Counted from the stretch's first letter, positions 1 through 10,398 are shown. The stretch is 64,000 nucleotides of DNA from Acidobacteriota bacterium (GCA_963664705.1 OY761556.1:6656001-6720000), one strand, 5' to 3'. Program-made: numbers and translations. Notes: generated by a model from the sequence alone, not told the origin.

Positions 1-20
1 TCATCTTTTTAAGGATTGTC

Positions 21-1328
21 ATGAGCACTGAGATTGCGAACGAAAAGCGAAGCGCTTTTCCTGCGGTTTTCTGGATAGCCAACACCATCGAAATCCTGGA
101 GCGACTGGCCTATTACGGAATCTATTTCGGATTCGGCATCTACATGGAACGGCTGGGATACACGCGGGCCCAGCTTGGGAACGTTCAGAGCTTATTCCTC
201 CTGCTTTCCTACGGGATGCCTGTAATATCCGGATCCTTTGCCGACAGGTTCGGCTTTAAAAAGGTGCTCATTGTTTCGTACCTTGCGTATTTGCCTTCTA
301 TTTTGCTGTTGATGTATACCAAGAGCTATTCGGGAATCCTCCTGACGATGCTCTCGATCGGACTGTCGGCGGGAATTTTCAAGCCGCTGGTAGCCGGAAC
401 TGTTCGTGCCGTCACCGACAGAACCAACAAGACCCTGGGGTTCGGCATTTTTTACGCCATGGTCAATATTGGAGGGACTTTTGGGCCCATTATCATGGGG
501 AAACTGCGGGCCATCTCCTGGGACCATGCTTTTATCGCAGCCGCCATTTCCATCTGCTTCATGCTGCTGCTTACCATTTTCTTCTATAAGGAACCGGAAC
601 GGGAGATAGAGGGAACAACCCTTGGTCAGAAAATGAAGGAGATAGGGATCGCGCTCCGGGATTACAAATTCACCTTTCTCCTCGTTTTGATGGGGTTTTT
701 CTTTTGGCTCCCCTTCTGGGCATTTTTCAACCTCAGCGCCGTATATGTCGACCGCAACCTTGATACCGTCCGGCTATACGAAAATATTCGAAGCCTGCTG
801 GGTTCCGGATTTGCCAACTTCTTTTCTTCCGTGGATGAAAAAGGCGTGCGCCGAATCCTGGGCGAAACCCTTTCGAGTACCGGCTACATCATCATTGTTT
901 TCCAGTTGCTTGTATCTCGAATTTCGGAACGTTTCAGGGCCATGCCCACCTTTCTGTTCGGGTTGATTCTCCTGACGGTAGGATTTGGAGTGATCGGTCT
1001 GGCCGCCGTGACCTTCCCCGCAATTGTGTTCCTGGGCATCTTTATTTTTGCGATCGGTGAAATGGTCTCTTCGCCCCGTATCCAGGAGTATCTCACCTGG
1101 ATAGCCCCAAAAGAAAAAGCCGGGTTGTATATGGGGATGAATTTTCTTGCCACCATGATTGGCGCCGCTTTGAGCGGAATCACCTATACGCGTCTCTCCG
1201 GATACTTCAATGAGCAGGGTTCCCCGGAATACACCTGGTATGTTCTGGCAGTGCATAGCGCCCTGGGGATTATCGCATTGGCGGCCTATACAAAGCTGAT
1301 CGGGGAGTTCAAGGAACAGGCACGATAG
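21..1328 (+). CDS. MFS transporter, POT/PTR (peptide:H+ symporter)-like
   Basis: 435 aa, about 12 TM segments; N-terminal EILERLAYYG (ExxERxxYYG POT motif); GSFADRFG MFS motif A; GFGIFYAMVNIG. Confidence 0.85.
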   Translation: MSTEIANEKRSAFPAVFWIANTIEILERLAYYGIYFGFGIYMERLGYTRAQLGNVQSLFLLLSYGMPVISGSFADRFGFKKVLIVSYLAYLPSILLLMYTKSYSGILLTMLSIGLSAGIFKPLVAGTVRAVTDRTNKTLGFGIFYAMVNIGGTFGPIIMGKLRAISWDHAFIAAAISICFMLLLTIFFYKEPEREIEGTTLGQKMKEIGIALRDYKFTFLLVLMGFFFWLPFWAFFNLSAVYVDRNLDTVRLYENIRSLLGSGFANFFSSVDEKGVRRILGETLSSTGYIIIVFQLLVSRISERFRAMPTFLFGLILLTVGFGVIGLAAVTFPAIVFLGIFIFAIGEMVSSPRIQEYLTWIAPKEKAGLYMGMNFLATMIGAALSGITYTRLSGYFNEQGSPEYTWYVLAVHSALGIIALAAYTKLIGEFKEQAR

Positions 1329-1523
1329 GCAATAGGCAGTGGGTTGATATGGTTTTTCGGGTATCATTCCGGGGATATTTACCCGAAAGGCACTGAGGGC
1401 CGATACATTTCCACTTGCTTTAGTTGGCTCGCAAAGATAGATATTATAGGTTTTATTGGGAGAACTATCGGTTCGCCGACTGCATTCTCGATCGCGCTAT
1501 AATTAGGAAGAACAGGATTACGG

Positions 1524-2621
1524 ATGGATCAACTTATTACTGCAAACTTACGATCAAGGCCAACCCGCACTCTTATCAGCGTTTTTGCTGTTGCCATGGG
1601 CGTGATTCTCATGCTGGTTATCCAGGGAATAACCTCGGGCACGCTGAATGACACCGTTAATAGAACCTTGGGCGTGGGCGCCGACTTTATACTTCAACCC
1701 AGCGATACGGGCATTCTCTTTGCTTTGGGTTCCGGGAGTCTCCCCGTGAAACTTGGTGAAAAGATCAGTGAAATCCCGGGCGTTGGAGCTGTGACGCCGG
1801 TCCTGACCAACTTCAGTGCGAAGGGGGGCTTTGGATTGGTGTTTGGGATCGACCTGCCCAGCTATGATCGGTTTCCCGGAAGTCTGCAGATCGTGGAAGG
1901 CAAACGGTCGCTTCAGGGGAATGATGTTATTGTGGATCAGTTGTATGCCAGAACCCACAAAGTAAAGCCCGGCATGTCGATAAAAATCAGTGACCACGAA
2001 TTTGTAATTTCGGGGATTTGCCGGGAGGGTGCCGCGGTTCGACAGTTCGTGCCGCTGCAAACACTGCAGGAAATCAAGGAAACGCGGGATAAGGTCAGCA
2101 TATTTTTTATCAAAGCTGCACCCGGTGTGAACCCTGCCGCGCTGGAGGCTGAACTCAGAAAGATTTTTTATGGATATCATATACTCACAGCCAATGATGC
2201 CGCCCAGATGTTGCAGGGAACAAACATCCCGATGCTGAAGGAATTCAGTGTGGCCGTGATTGCGATTTCCATGCTGATCAGCTTCATGGTCATCCTGCTG
2301 GCCATGTATACCACCATTTTTGAGCGCACGCGCGAAATCGGGATTCTCAAATCCCTGGGCGCGTCCCGTGTCTTTGTCGTGAAGATGGTTTTGCGCGAAT
2401 CGGTGTTCATCTGCTTCCTGGGAGTCCTTTTGGGTACGGGAATCAGCCAAATCATCAGAAAGGCTATTACCACGGCATTCCCGACGCTCCAGGTCCAGAT
2501 GAGTCTGAGCCAGATCGGGTTTGCGTGCCTGCTTGGGCTGATCGCTGGAATGCTTGGCGCACTGTATCCGGCAGTCAAGGCCGCTCGCATGGACCCGGTA
2601 AAAGCTCTCAGCTACGAATAG
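1524..2621 (+). CDS. ABC transporter permease, FtsX/MacB family
   Basis: N-terminal TM, periplasmic domain, ERTREIGILKSLGA and YPAVKAARMDPVKAL signatures. Confidence 0.9.
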   Translation: MDQLITANLRSRPTRTLISVFAVAMGVILMLVIQGITSGTLNDTVNRTLGVGADFILQPSDTGILFALGSGSLPVKLGEKISEIPGVGAVTPVLTNFSAKGGFGLVFGIDLPSYDRFPGSLQIVEGKRSLQGNDVIVDQLYARTHKVKPGMSIKISDHEFVISGICREGAAVRQFVPLQTLQEIKETRDKVSIFFIKAAPGVNPAALEAELRKIFYGYHILTANDAAQMLQGTNIPMLKEFSVAVIAISMLISFMVILLAMYTTIFERTREIGILKSLGASRVFVVKMVLRESVFICFLGVLLGTGISQIIRKAITTAFPTLQVQMSLSQIGFACLLGLIAGMLGALYPAVKAARMDPVKALSYE

Positions 2622-2677
2622 CGCATCCTGAATCCGTACCCCGCTGACGTGCAGCAAGCCCTTGCAGTAAGCCTGCG

Positions 2678-2729
2678 CCCGCCTTTGCTGGAGTTCCGGC
2701 TTGCCGGACAAAGCTCCAGCAAAGGCGGG
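2678..2729. terminator. Long intergenic hairpin (terminator or REP-like)
   Basis: CCCGCCTTTGCTGGAG (2678-2693) pairs with CTCCAGCAAAGGCGGG (2714-2729) after the permease stop. Confidence 0.55.
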
Positions 2730-2828
2730 TCATTCCTCCAGCCTAACCACCCAATCAGTGCTATAGTTGTTTTTTACTCAAATGTATAATTTTGCAGATG
2801 CGAGTCCAGTTCAACTCGACAAAGGAGT

Positions 2829-4031
2829 ATGCGAATGCGCCATTTCACCAGGATTATCGCGATAGTGTTGATTGCCTTTTCGGCATTGCTTGCAGTCGGA
2901 ACCGTTTTTCCGCAGGAGAAGCCGCAGCCAAAACCTCAAATCCCTCCGGTTACATCGCCGGAAGTCATGTCTGACGGGAAAATAGTGTTCCGGATTCTCG
3001 CGCCCAAAGCCGAAAGCGTGGGCTTGCAGGCAGGAGATATTCCGGGCTTCATGCGCGGCGGCCCCCAGTTCGCCAAAAACGAAAACGGTGTCTGGGAGGC
3101 GACGATCGGCCCAATCGAGCCCGGTGCATATCGGTACACATACATGGTCAATGGAGTCGCCGTTGTGGATCCCAGAAACGCCTCCGTGAGCGAATCCAAC
3201 GGGAATGTGTCGAGTCTGGTTTACGTTCCGGGAGCGAAGTTCATGGATAGCGGGAAGGTGTCGCACGGCGCTGTTGCGACCATCAATTATTTTTCCACGG
3301 CTCTAGGCCGCGATCGACGCATGCATATCTATACGCCGCCCGGGTATGAACTGGGCCAGGCAAAATATCCGGTATTCTACCTGCTGCATGGGGCAGGCGA
3401 TTGTGACGATTCCTGGTCAACGGTTGGCAGGGCTGGATTCATACTCGACAATCTCATCGCGGAGAAAAGGGCCAAACCCATGATCGTGGTAATGCCGGCC
3501 GGGCATACGTCCACATCGTTTGGCATGGGTGCGGGCCGAGGCGCTTCATCCATGGTCGACGAATTTGGCCAGGATTTTGAAAAGGATGTCGTGCCGTATG
3601 TCGAAGGCCACTATCGAGTGCTTCCGGAAGCGCGAAACCGGGCAATCGCGGGATTGTCGATGGGGGGAATGCAAACGCTGAATATCATGGTGAGGGACCT
3701 GAAAAAGTTTGCCTACGTCGGTGTGTTCAGTTCCGGCATTTTTGGCATGGCTCCGAGCAAGCCGGCGGTTTCGGGAGCTTCCGCCGCTCCTGCCCCTGAT
3801 TTCGAGAAGCAGTATGCCGCAGTGCTGGATAACCCTGAGTTGAAGAAAGGGCTGAAACTTTTGTGGTTTTCGACCGGGTCGGAGGATTTCCTGCTGAGCA
3901 CGACCAAGGCTTCAATTGAGATGTTGAAGAAGCACGGTTTTGCGCCGGTGTATAAGGAAAGCGGCGGTGGCCATACTTGGGTCAACTGGCGCAATTATCT
4001 ATGCGAATTCGCTCCGCAGCTTTTCCAGTAG
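2829..4031 (+). CDS. Secreted esterase (CBM48-like N-domain plus CE1/enterochelin-esterase-like hydrolase)
   Basis: Signal peptide; YPVFYLLHGAG; GLSMGG nucleophile elbow; GGHTWVNWR catalytic His. Confidence 0.88.
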   Translation: MRMRHFTRIIAIVLIAFSALLAVGTVFPQEKPQPKPQIPPVTSPEVMSDGKIVFRILAPKAESVGLQAGDIPGFMRGGPQFAKNENGVWEATIGPIEPGAYRYTYMVNGVAVVDPRNASVSESNGNVSSLVYVPGAKFMDSGKVSHGAVATINYFSTALGRDRRMHIYTPPGYELGQAKYPVFYLLHGAGDCDDSWSTVGRAGFILDNLIAEKRAKPMIVVMPAGHTSTSFGMGAGRGASSMVDEFGQDFEKDVVPYVEGHYRVLPEARNRAIAGLSMGGMQTLNIMVRDLKKFAYVGVFSSGIFGMAPSKPAVSGASAAPAPDFEKQYAAVLDNPELKKGLKLLWFSTGSEDFLLSTTKASIEMLKKHGFAPVYKESGGGHTWVNWRNYLCEFAPQLFQ

Positions 4032-4078
4032 GAGTTATGACCGCCGGGAGCGCTGGCGTTCCGCCATAGAAGCGGTTT

Positions 4079-4112
4079 GGAATCTGAAATCTGGAATCTG
4101 GAATCTGGAATT
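4079..4112. repeat. Heptamer tandem repeat (GGAATCT)n
   Basis: GGAATCT GAAATCT GGAATCT GGAATCT GGAATT, intergenic; related copies near 45810-45843 and, inverted, 50371-50394. Confidence 0.8.
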
Positions 4113-4170
4113 CTGCCTGCCCTTCCCCTGAAGGCTTGCCAGGGTGGTAGACTTTAGAGAGGAGGCGACC

Positions 4171-5016
4171 ATGGCGATCAGAGCTGTCAGACATATCACA
4201 AAAGCAAAGCCAACACTTGAGGGTGCAGGCGTACACCTTCACCGCGCTTTCGGGTTCGGCAATCCATCGGAGTTTGACCCTTTCCTTCTGCTTGACGATT
4301 TTCGCAGCGATGATCCGAAGGAGTATACGGCTGGTTTCCCATGGCATCCGCATCGTGGGATTGAAACGATTACCTATGTTCTTGCCGGGACGGTTGAACA
4401 CGGAGACAGCATGGGGAATCGAGGCACAATCGGTGCCGGGGATGTTCAATGGATGACAGCCGGCAGCGGGATCATTCATCAGGAAATGCCGCAGGGAGAC
4501 TCTGCGGGCCGGATGTACGGGTTTCAATTGTGGGCGAATCTTCCGGCCGCCATGAAGATGACGCGTCCTCGATATCAGGAGGTCAAGGCAGGAGACATTC
4601 CGATCGTCAGGGAGGCGGATGGAGCTGAAATCCGCCTCGTTTGTGGAAATTATGGGGGGGTGAAGGGTCCTGTCACCAGCATTGCCGCGGATCCCGTTTA
4701 TCTGGACATCCGCATCCCACCCGGTGGTGAGAAGAGAATCGGCGTCGCATCGGATTGCAATGTTTTTGCGTATGTTTTTGAGGGTTCCGGGGATTTCGGC
4801 GACTCCGCGCAAGCGGGCAACCGCTCCCTGGTGGGTTTCGGCGAAGGGCAGGATGTGCAGGTTCGAGCGGGAGATGCCGGGGTCCGCTTTCTACTCTGTT
4901 CCGGAAAGCCTCTGCACGAGACGATTGCCTGGCGTGGTCCCGTCGTCATGAATACGCGGGAAGAACTGCAATTGGCCTTTGAGGAGCTCGACAAGGGAAC
5001 GTTTTTGAAGCATTGA
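4171..5016 (+). CDS. Pirin family protein
   Basis: DPFLLLD, GFPWHPHRGIETITY, WMTAGSGIIHQE motifs; GGAGG RBS before ATG 4171. Confidence 0.95.
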   Translation: MAIRAVRHITKAKPTLEGAGVHLHRAFGFGNPSEFDPFLLLDDFRSDDPKEYTAGFPWHPHRGIETITYVLAGTVEHGDSMGNRGTIGAGDVQWMTAGSGIIHQEMPQGDSAGRMYGFQLWANLPAAMKMTRPRYQEVKAGDIPIVREADGAEIRLVCGNYGGVKGPVTSIAADPVYLDIRIPPGGEKRIGVASDCNVFAYVFEGSGDFGDSAQAGNRSLVGFGEGQDVQVRAGDAGVRFLLCSGKPLHETIAWRGPVVMNTREELQLAFEELDKGTFLKH

Positions 5017-5019
5017 CGA

Positions 5020-5058
5020 TTTGAGGGTGCTTCGGATTTTGTCCGAGGCACCCTCAAA
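5020..5058. terminator. Bidirectional terminator hairpin
   Basis: TTTGAGGGTGCTTCGGA-TTTTG-TCCGAGGCACCCTCAAA between convergent genes. Confidence 0.75.
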
Positions 5059-5070
5059 ACTGTCCCGGTT

Positions 5071-6603
5071 TTATTTGCAGAGGAAATTTTCCGCGTCGTT
5101 CATACTGCCGGATCCCTTGTATGCAGCCACCTTCGGATATGGGCAAAGAGGACGGGTCATGTCGACGGAGTTGCCCGTTACATGAGATGCGGGGATCTGG
5201 TCCGGTGCGGTACCCGATTCCCTCCAGCGTTCGATCACAGCCATTTTGTTGAACTGGTCGGTGCCGGGTCCTCCGCTGCAGTGCCCCATGCCTGGAACCA
5301 TGAATAGACGGATCCAGTCATCCTGCTTGTCTCCCATTTTTGAAAGTACCCCTTTATAGATGTTCACCGTGTTTCCTGCCGCGATTCCCGGGTCGGCCCA
5401 GCCGTGATACATCAGCAGTTTGCCGCCTCGGGCTTTAAACGCGCTCAGATCTCGCGTGTGTACATCAATGAACCCCGCTTTTTCCCGCGCAAGCGCCGTG
5501 TCCCGATCCAGGTCCCACGTGTGCCAATCCCAGTTGGGATCCTGGTAGGCAAGAATGCGAATACTGTCCAGCGGGAAACTGGAGGGTGGAGAATTGGGGT
5601 CGATTTTTTCGCTCAGAGACGCATATTGCAATTCGCCGCCCAGAGGGAATCCTGTCCAAATGACCTCGCCCTTCCTGGTTTTGATATCGCCATAAATAAT
5701 TGTTGCGGCTTCAACCTGCGCGGGTGTGAGGCAGGAGTCGGAGTCGGAGCCTTTACACAACAGCGCAGCCGGGTCGAATTTGCATTTTTCAGGATTTCCA
5801 ACCAGGCCATCCTTGGCTCCGTCCAGTGCATCGCACGCATTTAAGACGGCTTTGTGCAGAGTCGCTACTTTGGCTGGACTCAGGACATGCCCCGGATCCT
5901 TCCGCAGCCGCATGTTTCGTTCGATATCGCCCGCGTGCAGGTAGAGGTGAGGATTCGCCGGGGCCCCAACGATAGCGCCATCGAAATCCTCCGGATAGCG
6001 CGTGACCTCCATCAATCCCTGCCTGCCGCCCGTGGAGCAGCCGTTGTAATAGGAGAATTTCGGATTGCTGTTGTACAGAGCCACAATCATGGCCTTTGCC
6101 TTCACGGTCGTTTCGTGCAGCGCGCGGTACCCGAAGTCAACGAGCTTTTCCGGGTGTCCCAGGGCGAACATGCCATTGCCGCCGGCATCGTTGGACTTAT
6201 GCCCCGTGTCGGTGGAAGCGGTCGCATATCCCTCCTTCAACGCCGCGACCATGGCCGAATAGCTGATGGAACCTGCCCAGCCGCCGTTTCCGACCACCTG
6301 CAGCTTGCCGTTCCAGGTATCGGCAGGAAGCCAGACTTCGGATTCAATATGGGAGTCCTTGGTCGGGGTTAAAACCATCGCGACCCGGCAATATGCGGGC
6401 AGCGTTATAGCCGGCTGACCCTTGGGGGCGGGTGCGTTTGGAAATGGAGATGGCATGCTGTAGGGACCGGCTGGCACAAATTCGACAGCCGTCATGGAAG
6501 TGTCCGGCAAGGATAGTGTTTTCAGCTTGTCACACGGATTTTGTGCCATGGCTGATGCTGCAACCAATAAGACAAGGGGCAGAAGCAATCTGCAAAATCT
6601 CAT
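5071..6603 (-). CDS. Tannase/feruloyl esterase family alpha/beta hydrolase (secreted)
   Basis: Signal peptide; GNGGWAG, STDTGH, GCSTGGRQG, HGWAD, PGMGHC (CS-D-HC motif), RPLCPYP. Confidence 0.93.
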   Translation of the reverse strand: MRFCRLLLPLVLLVAASAMAQNPCDKLKTLSLPDTSMTAVEFVPAGPYSMPSPFPNAPAPKGQPAITLPAYCRVAMVLTPTKDSHIESEVWLPADTWNGKLQVVGNGGWAGSISYSAMVAALKEGYATASTDTGHKSNDAGGNGMFALGHPEKLVDFGYRALHETTVKAKAMIVALYNSNPKFSYYNGCSTGGRQGLMEVTRYPEDFDGAIVGAPANPHLYLHAGDIERNMRLRKDPGHVLSPAKVATLHKAVLNACDALDGAKDGLVGNPEKCKFDPAALLCKGSDSDSCLTPAQVEAATIIYGDIKTRKGEVIWTGFPLGGELQYASLSEKIDPNSPPSSFPLDSIRILAYQDPNWDWHTWDLDRDTALAREKAGFIDVHTRDLSAFKARGGKLLMYHGWADPGIAAGNTVNIYKGVLSKMGDKQDDWIRLFMVPGMGHCSGGPGTDQFNKMAVIERWRESGTAPDQIPASHVTGNSVDMTRPLCPYPKVAAYKGSGSMNDAENFLCK

Positions 6604-6674
6604 AATCCTCCTGGCAACTCTATCGATAGATGCGGCGAGTTTAACGCTAAACCATTGGAAGCTTCAAAGATAAA

Positions 6675-6714
6675 GTTGGACGTTGGACGTTGGACGTTGG
6701 ATGTTGGACGTTGA
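6675..6714. repeat. Heptamer tandem repeat (GTTGGAC)n
   Basis: About 5.5 copies in the divergent intergenic region. Confidence 0.85.
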
Positions 6715-7027
6715 AGAGAACATAAGAACAGCTACTTGATAGGGCGTTGGTCATAAATCGGCTGAATTGTAAAAAAAAGTAAACATCCCAAGAAAGGTGA
6801 AACTATTTGGGGGGGTAAACTGTATATGACGGTATGGGCAAGTGAGCGACTGCTCCAGTTGGTTTTTTGTGCCTAGTTCCTGTTGAAACACTTGCCCTCC
6901 TTTCTCGATTTTTCCGTCCCCGGTTGCCAACTCAAGAACTGACAATTGAAAGCGCTCTTTAATTGCGTCCTGACGAATTTGGTATACCCTATATGTCGAA
7001 GGGTTTGCTTCAACCAAAGGAGGAGCG

Positions 7028-8200
7028 ATGTCAGTAAAAAATATAGGGGTTCTGACCGGCGGAGGCGATGTTCCGGGCCTGAACTCCGCCATCAAGGCAA
7101 TAACGGCGGCTGGCTATCACCGGAACATATCAACGGTTGGAGTCCGGCGCGGATGGGAAGGCTTAACCCATCTGGATGTGAACGATCCCGCCAGCCTGGA
7201 GCGGTACATAATGCCGCTCAATCGTGATAATACCCGGACTATCGATCGGACCGGTGGAACAATGCTGCACACAAGTCGAACAAACCCGGCGAAGATGAAA
7301 AGCCTCCCGGAGCACCTGAAGGAAAGCGATTTTCCCAGGAAGGAATCGAAGAAGGGAACGACGTACGATATTACGCGACAGGTTCTGAAAAACCTGGAAA
7401 AGCTCCAGATCGACTGTCTGATCTCGATTGGCGGCGATGACACCCTCAGCTACTCTTCCATACTGCATGATGCAGGAGTCAAGATCATCGCCATCCCGAA
7501 GACCATGGACAATGACGTGCGCAACACCGAGTATTGCATCGGGTTCTCAACCGCGATGACACGGGCTGTCGATGCGATCCAGCGGCAACGATCCACCATC
7601 GGCTCGCACGAACGCATTGGAGTCTTCAGGGTTTTCGGGCGTGATGCCGGGTACACTTCTCTCTATACGGCTTATGTGACCTCCGTACGGTGCGCCATTC
7701 CTGAATTCAAGTTTGATCTCGAGACCATGGTTGAACTGGTGGTCCGCGACAAGAAGGATAATCCCAGCAATTACAGTATCGTAGTCCTTTCGGAAGGTGC
7801 TGAATGGGAAGGGTATCATTTGCGGGAGTATGGCGAAGCCGATGCCTTTGGGCATCGGAAGAAGGCCAATGTCGCCGAGGATCTCGGGGATGAAATCCGC
7901 AGGATAACCAGGCAGGAAACGGTTATCAGCGACCTGACCTACGATCTGCGCAGCGGCGAACCGGACTTCCTGGACAAGTTGATCGCCGGAACATTTGGGA
8001 ATATGGCCGTCGAAGCTATTGCCGACGGAAAAAGCGGATTGATGGCATCCATCACCAATGGCTGTTACCGCATGGTGCCGATCCCGGACGGAAAGCTGGG
8101 GCCGAGACATCTTGATGTCGATTCCATGTACGATACCGATCAATACCGCCCCAAGTTCAATAATAAAGAAGGCCTGCCTGTTTTTCTGACCAGAGTCTGA
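7028..8200 (+). CDS. pfkA: 6-phosphofructokinase, PfkA family, likely PPi-dependent
   Basis: LTGGGDVPGLN, GGTMLHTSR, GGDD and PKTMDND motifs; AAGGAGG RBS. Confidence 0.88.
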   Translation: MSVKNIGVLTGGGDVPGLNSAIKAITAAGYHRNISTVGVRRGWEGLTHLDVNDPASLERYIMPLNRDNTRTIDRTGGTMLHTSRTNPAKMKSLPEHLKESDFPRKESKKGTTYDITRQVLKNLEKLQIDCLISIGGDDTLSYSSILHDAGVKIIAIPKTMDNDVRNTEYCIGFSTAMTRAVDAIQRQRSTIGSHERIGVFRVFGRDAGYTSLYTAYVTSVRCAIPEFKFDLETMVELVVRDKKDNPSNYSIVVLSEGAEWEGYHLREYGEADAFGHRKKANVAEDLGDEIRRITRQETVISDLTYDLRSGEPDFLDKLIAGTFGNMAVEAIADGKSGLMASITNGCYRMVPIPDGKLGPRHLDVDSMYDTDQYRPKFNNKEGLPVFLTRV

Positions 8201-8299
8201 CGAAATTCGTTGGGCGCATCAATCGGGGATTTCCCGCTGGTTTCCCAGCTTCAATTGCGAAAACTGGTGAACGAGCGGGATGTCCCCAATTTTGTGAAT

Positions 8300-9577
8300 A
8301 TGGAACAACTATCCTCCCATGAAGTGGTTGTGATGCTTCTTGGCGCTGCCACCCTGTTGACCTGTGCCAGGGTGTTGGGCGATGCAGCAAAACGGCTGAA
8401 CCAGCCTGCCATTGTTGGGGAGATCCTTGCCGGAATACTCCTCGGTCCAACGGTCATGGGCACGGTTGCCCCCGCGGCAAGCGCCTGGCTCTTTCCAGCG
8501 CATGGTTCCAATGCCGTGGTTCTCAACGGTCTGACAACGTTGGCCATTTCGCTTTTTCTTCTGGTAGCGGGGATGGAAGTCGATCTTTCGACTATTTGGC
8601 GCCAGGGGAGGGCGGCTTTTATGGTTGGGACGGCCGGCGTGGTCTTCCCATTCATTCTGGGCTTTGGAGTTGCCTGGCTGGCTCCGCGCAGCCTGCTGGC
8701 AGACCCTGGTTCCAACCGGCTGGTTTTTGCCCTCTTCATTGCGGTTGCCCTTTCCATTACAGCACTTCCCGTGATTGTCCGAATCCTGATGGACCTCAAT
8801 CTTTATCGCAGTGAATTGGGCATGGTCATTGTCGCTGCGGCCGTGTTCGATGACATCGTGGGTTGGATCGTTTTTGCGACGATCCTGGGGATGATGGGAG
8901 CCGCCTCTGGCAATGGCTTAGCAATTGGACACACGATCGGGTTGACCCTCGGCTTTACCCTCGTGATGTTGACCGTTGGGCGTTGGCTGGTCCATCGCGC
9001 GTTTGCATGGCTGCGCGCACATACCGCGCGATCCGGCGCGATCCTTGGTTTTTCTCTGTCGTTGGGTCTCTTCGGAGCGGCCTTTACGGAGTGGATAGGG
9101 ATTCACGCCATTTTCGGCGCTTTTCTGACCGGCGTGGCGATTGGCGATTCTACCCATCTGAAGGAGCATACCCGTTCGACGATGGGCCAGTTTATCGGCT
9201 TTATTTTCGCACCGCTATTCTTCGCCAGCATTGGTCTGCGGGTCGACTTCTCCGCCCACTTCAGCCTCCTCCTGGTGTTAATCATGCTGGGCGTTATCCT
9301 GGTCGGCAAGATACCAAGCTGCGCCATGGGTGCTCACTTTGGCGGTTTGCCCTGGCCGGAATCCTGGGCGGTGGGTTTCGGCATGATGGCCAAAGGGACG
9401 ATGGGTATCATCCTGGGGCTGTTGGCTCTGCAAAAGGGAGTCATTAGTGAGACTTTGTTTGTTGCCATTGTGATCACATCCCTGGTGACCTCGATGATCG
9501 CCGGTCCACTGATGCAGTGGGTTTTGAAAAGAGGGCAGCCTGGGTCTGCAAAAAAGCGAGCGGAGAGTCAGGCCTAG
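8300..9577 (+). CDS. Cation:proton antiporter (CPA2, Kef-type)
   Basis: QPAIVGEILAGILLGP, AAVFDDIVGW, FGAFLTG, PLFFASIG; polytopic membrane protein; start uncertain. Confidence 0.88.
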   Translation: MEQLSSHEVVVMLLGAATLLTCARVLGDAAKRLNQPAIVGEILAGILLGPTVMGTVAPAASAWLFPAHGSNAVVLNGLTTLAISLFLLVAGMEVDLSTIWRQGRAAFMVGTAGVVFPFILGFGVAWLAPRSLLADPGSNRLVFALFIAVALSITALPVIVRILMDLNLYRSELGMVIVAAAVFDDIVGWIVFATILGMMGAASGNGLAIGHTIGLTLGFTLVMLTVGRWLVHRAFAWLRAHTARSGAILGFSLSLGLFGAAFTEWIGIHAIFGAFLTGVAIGDSTHLKEHTRSTMGQFIGFIFAPLFFASIGLRVDFSAHFSLLLVLIMLGVILVGKIPSCAMGAHFGGLPWPESWAVGFGMMAKGTMGIILGLLALQKGVISETLFVAIVITSLVTSMIAGPLMQWVLKRGQPGSAKKRAESQA

Positions 9578-9585
9578 GAGGGAGT

Positions 9586-9972
9586 TTACGGAAGGCCTAT
9601 GGCGGTGCTGGAGGTGATATTGGTAATGACCGGGAGTGCATTGGTCAGGGCTTTCCATCGCATTTGAAGGAATTTGTCGCCCTCTTCTCCGCCATATCCA
9701 TTCTGCGCCAGTTCTCCGGATTCATAGAGGTGAACCAGCCGCTCTTCTTCTTCATTAGCCGGTTCAGGTTTGATGGCCTGTCTTTGGTAGAGCACATCGG
9801 CGAGAGCAATGAATCCGTTTTCGAGATCGCTCCTGTCGGCCCGCTCTCCTTCGGAGGCGAGGATCATCATTCGGCCGTATGCCTCCTGCACCATGTCCGC
9901 GATGGAAACTGGACCCGCCACCAGCATTTTGTTCATCAGCTCACTCATGTTCATGTAGTTGGCAATTCCCAT
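9586..9972 (-). CDS. Hypothetical protein
   Basis: 128 aa ORF with GAGG RBS; no motif recognised. Confidence 0.55.
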   Translation of the reverse strand: MGIANYMNMSELMNKMLVAGPVSIADMVQEAYGRMMILASEGERADRSDLENGFIALADVLYQRQAIKPEPANEEEERLVHLYESGELAQNGYGGEEGDKFLQMRWKALTNALPVITNITSSTAIGLP

Positions 9973-10026
9973 CGGTTTATTTTCCTCTCTACTTTCAGGC
10001 GCTGGGAGCCTCGACGCTCCCGGCAA

Positions 10027-10281
10027 TCAGAAACAATCGCAACTGATCAACTGTCCGCCGCATTTCGGACAGTGCTCATTATCGCAGTTGGAATGGTGTT
10101 TTCCACCCGGTACCACGTTGCAGTCCGGACAGCGGTACCAGTTCGGCAAATGGAGCCTTTTGGGATCGTATGGTATGGGTCGAAGGACCGTTCCGTCCGG
10201 AAATTGAACCTGGGTGTTTGCCTCACAGGTTGTAACCTCGGCATCGGTAATCTCTTTATGACAAAGCCTGCAAATGGTCAT
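10027..10281 (-). CDS. Small Cys/His-rich metal-binding protein
   Basis: 84 aa; CxxC, RCPDC, HHSNCD, CPKCGGQLISCDC; GGAGGT RBS. Confidence 0.75.
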   Translation of the reverse strand: MTICRLCHKEITDAEVTTCEANTQVQFPDGTVLRPIPYDPKRLHLPNWYRCPDCNVVPGGKHHSNCDNEHCPKCGGQLISCDCF

Positions 10282-10365
10282 TATACCTCCGCGGCTGGTT
10301 TAATCGCTGGAGCGACCGATGCAGCCCCATTCGACGAGCGGTTATTGTGGATCCAGTGGGAAAAT

Positions 10366-10398
10366 GGATGCGGGCATGAAAGTTTCATGCCCGCATCC
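10366..10398 (-). terminator. Hairpin downstream of coxG-like gene
   Basis: GGATGCGGGCATGAAA-G-TTTCATGCCCGCATCC, followed by ATTTT on the minus strand. Confidence 0.65.
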
